The translations under genes were made by a program, and so were the position numbers. A stretch of DNA of 64,000 nt, taken from assembly GCA_964016885.1 (NCBI GenBank), contig OZ024753.1, forward strand, positions 8,122,001-8,186,000. Direction: 5' to 3'. Shown here piece after piece: positions 13,174-25,514 of the stretch. The stretch is from Eledone cirrhosa (lineage: Eukaryota). Each line of letters starts with the position of its first letter. Within the stretch, counting starts at the first letter, position 1. The notes beneath the pieces are model-generated. The model searched no databases, was not told where the DNA came from, and saw only the letters and a list, made by a program, of their open reading frames with translations.

Positions 13174-13294
13174 GCCAGACAGTCCTATGCGAGCAAGACA
13201 ACCACTCTTGCCTCAAGTGGGAAAACCCCCGTCCAAACCCATGCAAGCGTGGAACACGGACGCTAAACCTGATGATGATGATGATGATGATGAT
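13173..13294 (+). mobile_element. Short RTE-type 3' tail with (GAT)n, inserted in a microsatellite
   Basis: ...CCCATGCAAGCGTGGAACACGGACGCTAAACCTGATGATGAT; related copies at 52586-52697 and 57880-57985 (minus). Confidence 0.7.
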
Positions 13295-13609
13295 GTGTGT
13301 ATGTATGTAAATATGTATGCATGTATGTATGTATATATATGTGTGTGTGTTCTGATGTTTCAATGTCTTTAGGTGTTTATTTTTTTTACATCTTAGAATG
13401 TTACTTACGAAATTATTTCCTTGTTCAAGTCAGCTAAAAGTTAAATCTCAGTCTTGGCAGATTATAATTTTGTCACTGCAACATGGTTTACCTTCAAGAT
13501 ATCTCAGTCACAGAAACTGTTAATGTGTCATTTTAGTTGTAATGTATTATTGAACAGGATTTGTTATCCAAACAACATAACATCATACTTCCTAAAACAT
13601 TATTTGTTT

Positions 13610-13991
13610 GCGGTGGATTGGCAGTATCGGTAGAGGGTCGGACGCCATGCTTTCCAGCATAGTTACGTCTCTTTACGATCTGAGTTCAAATCCCGCCGAG
13701 GTTGACTTTGCCTTTCATCCTTTACGGGGGTCGATAAAATAAAGTACCAGTAATGCACTGGGGAAATTGCTGGCCTTGTGCCTAAAGTAGAAACAATTAT
13801 TTGTTTGCGGTGGATTGGCAGTATCGGTAGAGAGTCGGAAGCCATGCTTTGATGCATAGAGTTACGGCCCTTGCCATTCTGAGTTCAAATCTCGCCGAGG
13901 TTAACTTTGCCTTTCATCCTTTCAGGGTCGATAAAATAAAGTACCAGTAATGCACTGGGTAATTGCTGGCCTTGTGCCAAAAGTAGAAACA
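13610..13991 (+). mobile_element. Two stacked family A SINEs sharing a triplicated target
   Basis: ATTATTTGTTT at 13599, 13796 and 13992; the two copies carry different diagnostic subfamily bases. Confidence 0.9.
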
Positions 13992-14559
13992 ATTATTTGT
14001 TTACTTATAGCATCAACTATTAGCAGGTAGAGTTGCTACTTCTCCCAATTGAGAGATAACTGCTCTATTATTATGAACATGTAGCTAGAATAGGGTTGCT
14101 CTGAAGGGTCTTTGGAGTGTATGTGCATGGTGTATGGTCCCGTAACTCCTGATAGAGTTATAGGGGGTCTGTATTGACATACAGTGTTTCTTGAGCATTT
14201 TAAGATTAGCTGAGTCCTTCCATCTCCAGGCCTGAGTACAGCAGATTTCTTCCAGAGAAATATAGAAAGTGAGAGAGAAGAAATGAGAAAGAGATATAGA
14301 GGAAGAATCAACCCCAATACTAGACTGGTACCTTTTTTTTTATCGACCTCGAATGGATGAAAGGCAAAGTTGACCTCGGCGGGATTTGAACTCAGAGAGC
14401 TGGAATGAATACCATAAAGCGTTCTATCTGACATTCTAACAACTCTACCAATTTGCCGCCTTATATACACTTTAGAGTAATGTTACTTAACAGTATGTGT
14501 AGTTTGGAAATCAGAGTTGTTCCTGGTAGTATCAGAGCTGAAGACTTCTCCAAATTGTG

Positions 14560-14827
14560 AGTCTTCAGCTCTGATACTACAGGCATGTGGTTAGAATGTC
14601 TCAGGAAAGAATCACTGGACAGATTTTACAGGAAAACCAACCAGTAGGCAACCCAGGGATAGACCCTGAGAAAGATGGTTGGATAACATCTATGAACTCA
14701 GCTGGGCCTGCTTGAGTATCCAGCTGGATCAATTGGAAATGGTTGCTTTTGACAAGACCCATTGGAAGGAATGTTTGAGGACTCTGCCCCCAGGGACCCT
14801 TCCAAGTATAAGTGGGTGAAGATGAAC
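14560..14827 (+). mobile_element. Expander/Rex3-like (RTE clade) LINE 3' fragment
   Basis: Degenerate translation LRYYRHVVRMSQER...PRDRP*ERWLDNIYELSWACLSIQLDQLEMVAFDKTHWKECLRTLPP; second copy at 23470-23742. Confidence 0.8.
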
Positions 14828-15551
14828 TATTAACATGTAATGATTTAGCAAAATAAACCTAGAAATGGGTTAGTTAATTTAGATGTTTATAGTATCTTTA
14901 TTGCTGGACAGGCATTTGTAGTATTAGAGTAAAGCCTTCAACTGTCTCTCTAATGCAGTGGGTTATTTTAAAAATAATGTATCATATGTGCAGTTGTTGA
15001 CTTCTAACATACTTTAATGATTTAGCAAAAATATCTGAAAAAAGAGTTGTTAATTCAAATGTTTATAGTATATTTATTTGTGAACTGAGTGTTGTGAGAA
15101 TTTACAATACTAGAGTAAACACTAGCTTTTTCAAGTAATGCAGCCATAGTGTTGTTTTATGCATTTCAAGAATGTCTTGCAAATGTAGTTTCGTGTTGAT
15201 GTTATGAATTAAAGATACATAGATGGACAAGCTTATAGAGAATTTACCAGCTGCAGGGCAAGCAGTTAAATTCTTGTCATTAAGCACTGCATGGTTTCAT
15301 TGACAAAGACACTCAATTCTCAAAAGCCAAGTTCATTTATTTGAATATAGGCACTTGCAGATAATACACCTAATCTTTGTAAAGGAACAAGAGCATTGTA
15401 AGATTTATGATTGTTTCTTTTATCTGCAGTGATTCTAGCTTCGAGAAGAATGTTTCATGTCAGGTGAACTAGCATGATAATAAAGTCACACTAGTGTTGC
15501 ACCAATAGCTTCATAAGCTATGAAACTCACCACTGGAAGTTTTTAAAGTTA

Positions 15552-15750
15552 TACAAGGATCAGCTGAAAAGTTTATAGAATGACTATGAAGGAGTGCTGT
15601 TAGGGCTGTGAAATCTTGCATACAATAATTTCAACTCTTTGTATTAATAACTGCATTGTTTCTTTTCGGGGTTATGTGAGAAGTATACCTCATTTGCCTC
15701 ATTCCATGAGGGTATCTTGGTCAGCTTATGAACTTTTCAATCAATCTCAT
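15552..15750 (+). mobile_element. Mariner-derived MITE, single unit
   Basis: Homologous to the units of 4956-5445; CAGCTGAAAAGTT / AACTTTTCA termini. Confidence 0.75.
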
Positions 15751-16276
15751 AACTTATAGAAACTTAAAGTGGCTTGCTTTTGCTTAAGATTTTGTGAATA
15801 ATGGTTAGGACGGACTAACTTTAGAAGAGATAATGTAACAGAAAGGTGATGGCTGAAAGTAAGTTTTGTAATGGGGGTTAGGGTTCAATAGATTCTAAAG
15901 GATGAACTATTCATTGGAAGATGGTGGTCAGAGCTTGTTTGTTATTGTTGTTTAGCTCTAGGTTAATCCTGAAGCAAGATACTTATGATTAAAGACATTC
16001 CAGCTGTGACCTTTCCACCTTTTTTCAATATGTGGTTCTGTACAATCCAATGTCTCCTTTCCTTAAAAAGTGTGTGTGTGTGTTTGGTTATGATTTGAGG
16101 GAGATGTGACTGCTATTTCTAGCAGGTCGCATGACCACGTAGAGACTCCTTGGTTGGCCTCCAGAACTCACTAATCAAATATAGTAGAATGTTTACACAT
16201 TGTAACATAAGTGGACAGTAATCAAGCAATTCAGTTGCGCAACCATAATTAAATTGTTTGGCAGTAGGAGAAGTGG

Positions 16277-16346
<70 letters not shown>

Positions 16347-18040
16347 ATAAGTATATATATATATATATGTATGTGTATGTGTGTGTGCATAAGTACATAC
16401 ATATATATGTGTGTGTGTGTATATATATGTATATATGTGTATATATATATATATGTGTGTGTGTGTGTGAATATATAATGGGATTACAGAAATGTAATTT
16501 GCCCTAATTAGCATTAAGAGAACTAGAAAGTTCTTGGCAATATAGAGAAATGGATGTGGAAATGATTAGGAAGAGATAAACCCAAGAGGTTTTCATAGAG
16601 AAGTTCTGATGAAAGTAAATATCTATTTATATCTTCTCCAATAAATATATATTTTCCATCCCTTAAAAGTCACAATATACATAATTCTATTTTACAACCA
16701 TCATAGAAGCATGCACCCATGGCCTATAGTTTGAAGAAGGAAAATGTCCAATGACAGATGCAAACTGAGAAGCTAAGCCAAGCCAAGCCAAGCCAAGCCA
16801 TGCCTACCATGAAAGCTAGATATTTTCATGTTCTTCTGATCTAAATATCGATCTACGTTAGGAAAAGTGCATCTCATAAAAACAAATATAAATGCCAGTA
16901 GTAGTTATTTATCATTAGTAAGTAAAGGTTTATCTGTTCTATTTAAATATCTTTGATAAATAGACAGAACTGTAAAAGAGATATAGCAAAACAGATTTGT
17001 TTGGAACACATTCTTTCCATCATTGATTCTAAAACTTGTTTCTAGTCATTTCATTATATAATTTTATTTTAGTTTTCAATTATTACTATACACTGAGACA
17101 GTTTATGTTATAGGCAATATAAAGTGTCTATGTCGTATGTTGTCCTTCATAGACAATAGAGGTACGGAAATTTATTACAAGTTCATAGGTCATAGATGTC
17201 AGGGTTTCTTGTGTATCATATATAAAGACAGACCTATATGCATTTTAGGGATAGCAGTAACAGAAAATCCCCAGCATTTTATGAGTTCATAGATCTTCTG
17301 GATTCAAATAGATGGCTATATTTGTAATGTGTTATGGGTTCACAGACCAGAGGATCCCTGCTGTGTTATGCTATATCATGTAATAGAGACCCTATTTCTC
17401 TTTGGTTTTCTCTTTTGACATCAGAATCTCATTGAATACCATACAAAGCAGACAAACAATAGATAGATTTCTTAATGATTTGTGGAATGGATCCTGCTTT
17501 AATCTTAAGGATTCACAGATACTAAAATTTGTTGGAAGCGATCTTTAGCAATAACATGTTCACAACCAGTTGTGAACATGTTATTGGTTCAAAGCAGAAT
17601 TAACTCTGTAAGCTAGTCACCACCACGACCTCCACCATCAACAATGTTGGGGATGAGAATGATAATAATAAGGGTTTCTGATTTAGGTACAAGGCCAACA
17701 ATTTTTAGGGAAAGGAAAAGTTGATTAAATCAACTCCAGTGTGTTACTGGTATGTTATTTCATTGACCCCATAAGGATGTAATGTGAAACTAACCTCAGC
17801 AGGATTGAACTCAGAATGTAAAGGGTACAATAATAATGATGTTTTCTAAATTAGGCACAAGACCAGCAAATTTGGGGAATTGACTTCAGTACTTGACTGG
17901 TATTTTATTGACCCCGGAAATGTGAAAGGTAAAGTTGACCTCGGTGGGATTTGAATTCAGAACATAAAGGGCTGCAACTAAATATCTGAAAGCAATTTGT
18001 CCAATACTTTAAAGATTCTGCCAATCCATAATATATATAT

Positions 18041-18073
<33 letters not shown>

Positions 18074-18715
18074 ATAATAATGATGGCTGCGCATTGCAAA
18101 TGGTGGTGCATATGAAAAAGTAAGTCCTTCATCAGTGACCCTCCAACCGTCCCAGGCATTTCATCGCTTTAAGGGCCATATGCCTCAGGCTGGTGCGAAC
18201 AACGGCTAAAAAAAGTCGTTGGGACACGTAAATAAAGGGGACGTTAGGGTAACAAACAAAATGGTTTAAGCAACGGAAAGTGAGAAGAAATAGACAAGTC
18301 CCAGATCTCTATGAATATAAACTCGGTGAAATCGTGAACAAGAGACAAAAGACCATCAAACCTGGTTGAAATGTGAGCAAGGAAGGAATTTCGCACAGGT
18401 CTAGCGGGGGGGGGGGGAGAAAAAGAAGAAGAAGAAGAAGAAGAAGGGGTCTGGTCTACGAATTCGGTAAACATAAGTTTTGTGAAGTCGCAGACGAAAG
18501 AGAGAGAAAAAAAAATTCCATACCAGCTTGACCAAGACCGCGCGAGAAAAGAATTACACACAGGTCAAACTTGAAGGAGGAGGAGGTAAGAGGAGGAGGA
18601 GAGGTAGTGACAGAGAATGAGTGAGTGAAAGTTGAGGAGGAGGCTAACAGAGAGAGAGACTGCTAGAAAGGGTAAAAGGTACAAAGAATGAGAAAGGATA
18701 TATATATATATATAT

Positions 18716-18925
18716 AAAACAAAGGAATTGTGGTAAGGAACCATATGGACCATAACGCACCAGAGTACTCAATACTTAGGGTAGTAGAATGGGAAATAGG
18801 AAAAAGTATGACCCCGACGGCAGAGCTCAAGCCATTTCGACGGCTATTTCTGGACTCTATTTCTAGTCCAGAAATACCCGTCGAAACGGCTTGAGCTCTG
18901 CCGTCGGGGTCATACTTTTTCCTAT
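18716..18925. mobile_element. Fold-back element with 61-bp inverted arms in (TA)n
   Basis: Arms 18796-18856 and 18865-18925 (2 mismatches); homologous, oppositely oriented copy at 51804-52003. Confidence 0.85.
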
Positions 18926-19092
18926 ATATATGTGTGTGTGTGCGTGTATTTTGGTATGTGTAAGCTAATCAATACAAAATTCTCCACTCTTTCCAATAAT
19001 TAGATATATTCCTCCAATAATATATAAATGCAAACATTTCTGGAAATGCTCTTGCTACTCCTTGAATGGAAAGATGGATGTTGTAATATTAA

Positions 19093-19313
19093 CCCTTTAA
19101 CATTTACATTACTCTATATTTACTACTGTATTTTCACAGTAAACACCTTATTCCACATAATTATCTCACATAATATTGAATCTACAAGATTTTGATACTG
19201 TTTATTTTGAGAACAATACCTTAACATCAGTATGAGTGACTCTTTACAGCCAGTTTGAACAGAAAGGGGTGAGAGAATTCTGGCCGGATATGGCTGGTTT
19301 AAATGCTAAAGGG
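19093..19313 (+). mobile_element. Intact piggyBac-like MITE (221 bp)
   Basis: TTAA|CCCTTTAACATTTA ... TAAATGCTAAAGGG|TTAA. Confidence 0.9.
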
Positions 19314-19548
19314 TTAATACACAAAATATATTGAGATGTACAGAGAGAAAATAAAATGAAGTGAATTCCTAGAAGATGATTTTTTTTTATATCCCTAAAG
19401 TACACAAGACAAATATTTTCTACGAGGGGACATAAATGTAGAGTTCTAACACAACTGGTATATCATGAGAGGTGTATCATTCATTGGATGATAAATTTAC
19501 AGGAAAGGTTTCAATATGAGTTGAGAAAGAGACTAAATATTAAATATA

Positions 19549-19700
19549 CAGTGAAATTCCGTTATAATGAAATTCATGGGGTATAAAAAAATTGGTTGTA
19601 ATGAAAGATTCTTTTTAACGAGATCAACCAAGACAAATCGAATGTTTGTTTGTTATTACCTGTTTAAATAATGGTATTTGTTATAAAGGAATTTTACCTG
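19549..19700. mobile_element. Tigger/pogo-like MITE
   Basis: TA|CAGTGAAATTCCGTTATAA ... TTATAAAGGAATTTTACCTG|TA. Confidence 0.65.
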
Positions 19701-20002
19701 TATTAGCAAATAATTGCAAGAAAGATGACTCACTTAGTATTGACATATGGAGATGGAATATTAACAAATAACATACTACTGGTTTAAAATGTTAAATATG
19801 GATAGTAAAAGGACCATATGGTAGAATTAAATTAAAGGAAAGTTGGAGTGAAGTTGTCAAAGCAGAATTAGGGATATTGGACTGAAAGGGTTTTTGTTTG
19901 ATCAGGTTGCAAGCTGAGGGGTTGGGAGACACTGAATTGCGAACCCAACCATTTTACAATGAGACCAATAGGCACAGAATTGATGAGATATGATGATGAA
20001 TG

Positions 20003-20185
20003 ATAATTGTTTCTAGTATTGGCACAAGGCCAGCAATTATCCCAGTGTATTACTGGTACTTTATTTTATCGACCCCCGTCAGGTGAAAGGCAAAGTTAAC
20101 CTCGGCGGGATTTGAACTCAGATCATAAAGGGACGTAACTCTATGCTACAAAGCATGGCGTCTAACACTCTACCGATACTGCCAC
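20003..20185 (-). mobile_element. SINE family A, inserted in the (GAT)n tail of a decayed RTE end (about 19790-20000)
   Basis: Reverse-complement match to the family; flanked by AATGATAAT-like duplicated sequence. Confidence 0.85.
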
Positions 20186-20908
20186 TAATGATAATGTTTG
20201 AGATACATACTTTATATATTGTGCATTGTTTATAAAGACACAACTTTTCTTGTGCACTTAATAGAATATAAGCATAATGTAGATACCTTGGTATGTCTGG
20301 GGGTGGGGGTCAGTAACCCCACTTCAGTATGGGCTTTGTCTATGTACTAGACCTGTACAACCATTGCTATCAAGGGAAGTGGATATTACACGATGACAAT
20401 ACTAAATATCTCAAAGACTTGCTTTGATGGATAACATCAAGAAAACTTTGTCAAAGAAACTTAATCTTTTTATGTCACAGTAAGATTCAAAAGTCAAAGA
20501 TTTAGGATGTTCACACGAAATCCTGTTTTTAATATCACAGTGAACTGATTAATGGCTGGTTTGATATGTTTCCAGTGTTCCAAGATATAAATAAATTCCA
20601 TGAGATAAGGGCAAGCCTTTTTGTAATGGAAAATACTGACCTTTAAACTGTTGGCTTTGAATTGTCTATGTTACTATTGCTATTGTAAATGTATTTACTG
20701 AAATACTGAAATATAAGCCACACAATACTTTACACACAGAAATATTTGGAATTTGATTTTATTACAATACTATGTTTCAACCATCTTGGTCTAATGGGGA
20801 AGGAATATGCAACAGGATTGCCTGGTGTTTAAATATTTTTTCAAGCAACACTTTCTTTTCAAAATGTTTAAAAGAAAGAAAAAATAGGAATATGTATTTG
20901 TGTATGTA

Positions 20909-21218
20909 GGAGTGAAAGGCCCCCAGTTGTTGTCACAACATCTTTCTAAGAGAGGGAAACTCTGAAAAAAACCTGCGGCTTTGGAAGCATCCTATTATGT
21001 TAACCAGTTCTCCTTTTTGGGTAGTGCTTTTGATGCTCAGAGAGTGGGAATGGTCGAGTGCAAGGCCTTTCCCCCCACTTAAAAAAAACCTTCAAAACAC
21101 AGGCATTGCTTGTTCAGGATATGTTACAGGCTCGTGTGGCTAGCCGTAGCCTAAAAGTGCACCATTTTCTGTAATCTGACAAGCGATTGCAATACTCTTA
21201 GCAGAGTTTGCAGCCATC
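20909..21218 (+). mobile_element. Bipartite non-autonomous RTE-like element (~310 bp)
   Basis: Second copy inverted at 43565-43870; contains GAGAGGGAAACTCTG (RTE 5'UTR-like) and ends GAGTTTGCAGCCATCATGT like the 11626 family. Confidence 0.65.
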
Positions 21219-23469
21219 ATGTGTATCATCACCATTATTTTCTATTTGCTTTCCACACTGGTATGGCTTAGACAGGTTGACACGATCGGAGACCAGACTA
21301 ACTGGAGTGACCACATTTTGTTCATTTATCTCAATATTGGCATAGTTTCTCTTGCTGGATGTAGTAGGTGCATTTTTGTGGCATCACCAACACCAACACC
21401 ACTTTACAGAATGTACTGGGTGCATTTTTGCATGGCATCAACAATATGCATGTATATATGTATGTTCTTCTGGTTTTATAATTTCACAAATTTTTACCAA
21501 TAGAGAGAGAGTCGGTTTCTAACATAGACACAAGACTCTCTCATTGAAATTTACACATCATCAACTAGGTACATCTGTATGTCTGCATGCATGTGTAGAT
21601 ATGGATGTTATTGTATGTGTGGATGTGTATGTTTTGAGTTGTATGTGTGCATGTGTATATGCTTCGTATCTGTACAAGTGTATATGCAGTTAATGGATGC
21701 AGAATTTTTGGAATATTTTACATATTTCTACTGTATCTATGTATATTTTTATGTATGTATGTATGTGTATATATGCGTGTGTATATATGTGTGTGAAGTA
21801 TATATGTGTTTATCTTTTTATATTAAATTATATATTTAGTTTTCCAATGTATTAAATATATATTTTATTGTAAAATAAGACATTTTAATTCTGGAATAGC
21901 TCTCCTGTATTTATAAGAATGCATTAAAAAAAAAAACAACAAAAAGTAAACATGATATAAATATTTAAATCTTTAAAAAATTTTGTACTGATTTTAACTC
22001 GTGAAAGATATGCAGTAAATTATTTGTTTACTTTTGTGTTGAGGCATTATGGTGGATTAATCAGATTGAGATTCTTCTCTGAAAATCAGAATTATCTTTG
22101 AATAGGTCAGCTTTCATTTCTTGAATGTATGAAATAACATAACAATGAAGAGTATTATTAAAATTATACCACACCTGCACAGAATTTTGTGACATTTAAA
22201 TAGCATAACAGAAGAGGATTCATTTTATTTATGATGTTGTTTAACTAAAGAGAAACACAATTATATAACATAGCTTGCTTAACAGAACTTAAAAATATAA
22301 TTAGATTTCATAAATCTAAGCAATAAACAACAACCAAACAAAAAAAAAAATTATAAGAACCCCCCCCCCCCCCCCCCCTTAAAGAATAACAAAAAAATAT
22401 GTATTAACTATCATAGAAATTATAGTATTGCTAGTGAAGCTGATGTGCAATTAGTGGAAGAGCCTACATTAAGGATCTTACTTTCTTTTTTTATTTTCTC
22501 GCTTGAATATCAATCATGTTTCCTTTTTTATTCCCCTCTTTTCAATCTATCAATTGAGTCGTCATCTCAAAATGTGGAAATAACAGGTTCATTAGCCAGA
22601 ATTATTGATCATCTTGTCTTTGTTTCAAATAAATGATATATTTATTTATTTCGTATTTTGCTATTGAAAATGTAATTCTTTTCGAATTCTTTAATAAAGT
22701 CATATTTAGAGCTAGCAGTTGTCTTGTAAATTTGATCATACGTATACAGACACTCATACACACACACACACACACACACGCACACACATACATACTCATA
22801 CATACACACACACACATAGACACACACATGCGCACACACATACATACTCATACACACACACATAGACACACACACACACACACATACACATGTTAACATA
22901 TCTAGAAATTCTTTCAGCAATGGATAATAATTAGAGAATTTGATGTGTATTATTTTCAATCTTGTAAAGAATAATAAATTTTGATGAACTGTTTAGTACT
23001 TTTCATGATATCTATATATATATATATTTCGTTTTTGAATTTATTTTGCACGATTTCTTATCTGAAAACATGTGTTGAAACAGATATTGTTATACTTTGG
23101 TAGGGTCATGTTGCAAATAAAAACACATGCACCTGTTGGTTTTCACTTCAATTTATTATAAATTTCTGATTGATTGGTTGGTTCGATAACCGGATGGCTG
23201 TTTATATATTGTTTTTCGTCACACATTCTTTGACCTCCTCAGTGACTAGGTTTTTATTCTGTGTTCCTCCTTTGTTCTGTCCCACACCATCTTGTTTTTG
23301 TGGTGGACAACTTGACAAATGGTTAGTAGTTCAAAACCTACCAACAACCAGAGAAGTGTTGTGCCACTGGTCATGGAAAATATTTGACATAAGAATGTTG
23401 TGTCACTGGTCATGAAAAATATTTGGCATAGTTGACATAACTGAAAATAAATAACATGGGGATATGTCA

Positions 23470-23742
23470 CAGCTCTGATACTATGGGTATTGGGTTAGAA
23501 TGTCTCAGGAAAGATTCGGTGAGCAGATTTTATGGGCAAGACCAACTGGCAGGGAACCTAGGGGTAAACCTGAGCAAGATGGTTGGCTAATATCCATAAG
23601 ATTGGGTGGTCATGCTTGGAGATCCAGCTAGATGGTAGATCAATTGGAAACGTTTGCTTCTGACAGGAATCACTGGAGGGTGTGTTTGAGGACTCTGAAC
23701 CCACAACCCTCTCAGGAATAAGTGGGAAAAGATGAAGAAGAA
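23470..23742 (+). mobile_element. Expander/Rex3-like LINE 3' fragment
   Basis: Homologous to 14560-14827. Confidence 0.75.
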
Positions 23743-23849
23743 AAGGGGAGTTGTAGTTGTCCAACTTTAAGCGGCATTGTCAGTTTATTTCAATGTCTGC
23801 AGAATTGATGGTTGTTTTATCTTGTTATTCCTGGTCCTAGAGCAAGCGA

Positions 23850-23893
23850 CAAAGAACATCAATCAACAAGATCCTAGGCCTCATTGGCTTATC

Positions 23894-23926
<33 letters not shown>

Positions 23927-24270
23927 CAATTCATCAAATCGGACCAAGGAAACAATATTTCCATTGGTTTTTCCATTGCTGATACTATCTACCTGTCACA
24001 ACTCCTGGCTGATATGAACAAAGAACTAATTCTTCCTATTTTTCCTGTGTGGTTTAGAAGCTAGAGAACTGGATTCACAATCATGAGGTTGTGAGTTCAA
24101 TTTCCAAACCAAGCAATAATTTATTTCCTTGAGCAAGACACTTTATTTCATCTTGCTGTTTTTGCCAGGAATTGCAACTGGTAGATAATATCAGCAATTG
24201 GAAAAAACCAATGGAAACATTGTTTCCTTGGTCCAATTTGACAAAATCTGTCACAAAGGAGGTTAGATCT
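23850..24270. mobile_element. Inverted pair of CORE-like SINE family C relics
   Basis: Both match 54377-54634 (GGAAACATTGTTTCCTCGGTCCGATTTG); opposite orientations. Confidence 0.65.
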
Positions 24271-24571
24271 TATTAATTAATTGGTAAAATTAATTTATTG
24301 GATAGAGGTAAAATGATAGCACAATTCTAATCAAATGATTAACCAAAATAAAGTAAAATGCTGGCTAATTAATTGTCTTGAGGAATTATGTCTGTTAATA
24401 ATTAGTTGATACACAATATTTAAGTCTCTCTCGTTACTATTAAACATTGCTGAAGTAGATTCTGAAATTATCAAAGACAATATCAATTTTTTTCTTCTAC
24501 ATTTATAAGTCTTCAGATAACTAATGTTGTTTCTCGTTTATATATGTATACATGAAAGCATATATGTATGT

Positions 24572-24641
<70 letters not shown>

Positions 24642-24796
24642 GTGTGTGTGTGTATATATATATGTATGTATGTGTGTGTGTGTATATATATATGTATGTA
24701 TGCATGTATGTGCATATATATGTATATATGTATGTATGTGTATATGTACGTAAATACATAAGTATGTGTGTATATATATGAACATATACATGTCTG

Positions 24797-24833
<37 letters not shown>

Positions 24834-24874
24834 TTATGTATATATGTATGTAAAAATGTATGCATATGTACACA

Positions 24875-24926
<52 letters not shown>

Positions 24927-25018
24927 ACATATTTGTATGTATATAAATATATGTATATATTTATATATATATGTATATATATAAATGTATGTATTTATTT
25001 ATGTAGATGTATATATGT

Positions 25019-25054
<36 letters not shown>

Positions 25055-25069
25055 ATGTGTGTGTATATA

Positions 25070-25170
<101 letters not shown>

Positions 25171-25210
25171 ATATATGTATGACAAAATGAAACGTATTGG
25201 CCTCAGTTGA

Positions 25211-25225
25211 ACACTAGATGGCGCT
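25211..25225 (+). promoter_or_regulatory. CTCF-like binding motif
   Basis: ACACTAGATGGCGCT closely matches the bilaterian CTCF core CCACTAGATGGCGC; isolated GC-rich motif in AT-rich DNA. Confidence 0.35.
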
Positions 25226-25514
25226 GATATGATTATAAATTATAAAATAATTTAAATATCAAATATAGAAAATAATAAAATAATTGTTTCTACTATTGGC
25301 ACAAGGCCAACAATTATTCCAGTGTATTACTGGTACTTTATTTTATCAAACCCATAAGGATGAAAGGCAACGTTACCCTCGGCTGGATTTGAACTCAGAT
25401 CATAAAGGGCCGTAACTCTATGCTGCAAAGGATGGTGTCTGACACTCTACCAATACTGCCAATCCACCACCCTAATAATAATAATAAAAACAGAAATAAT
25501 TTAAAAAAAAAGAT

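Noticed and set aside
12401-13372. YI/HT/CV-rich ORFs here and at many other tracts
   Set aside because: Translations of (TA)n, (CA)n and (TACA)n microsatellites.
23205-23248. Minus-strand CTGAGGA...GAAA hammerhead-like core
   Set aside because: Stem II is present but no stem III, cleavage triplet or stem I partner could be assigned.
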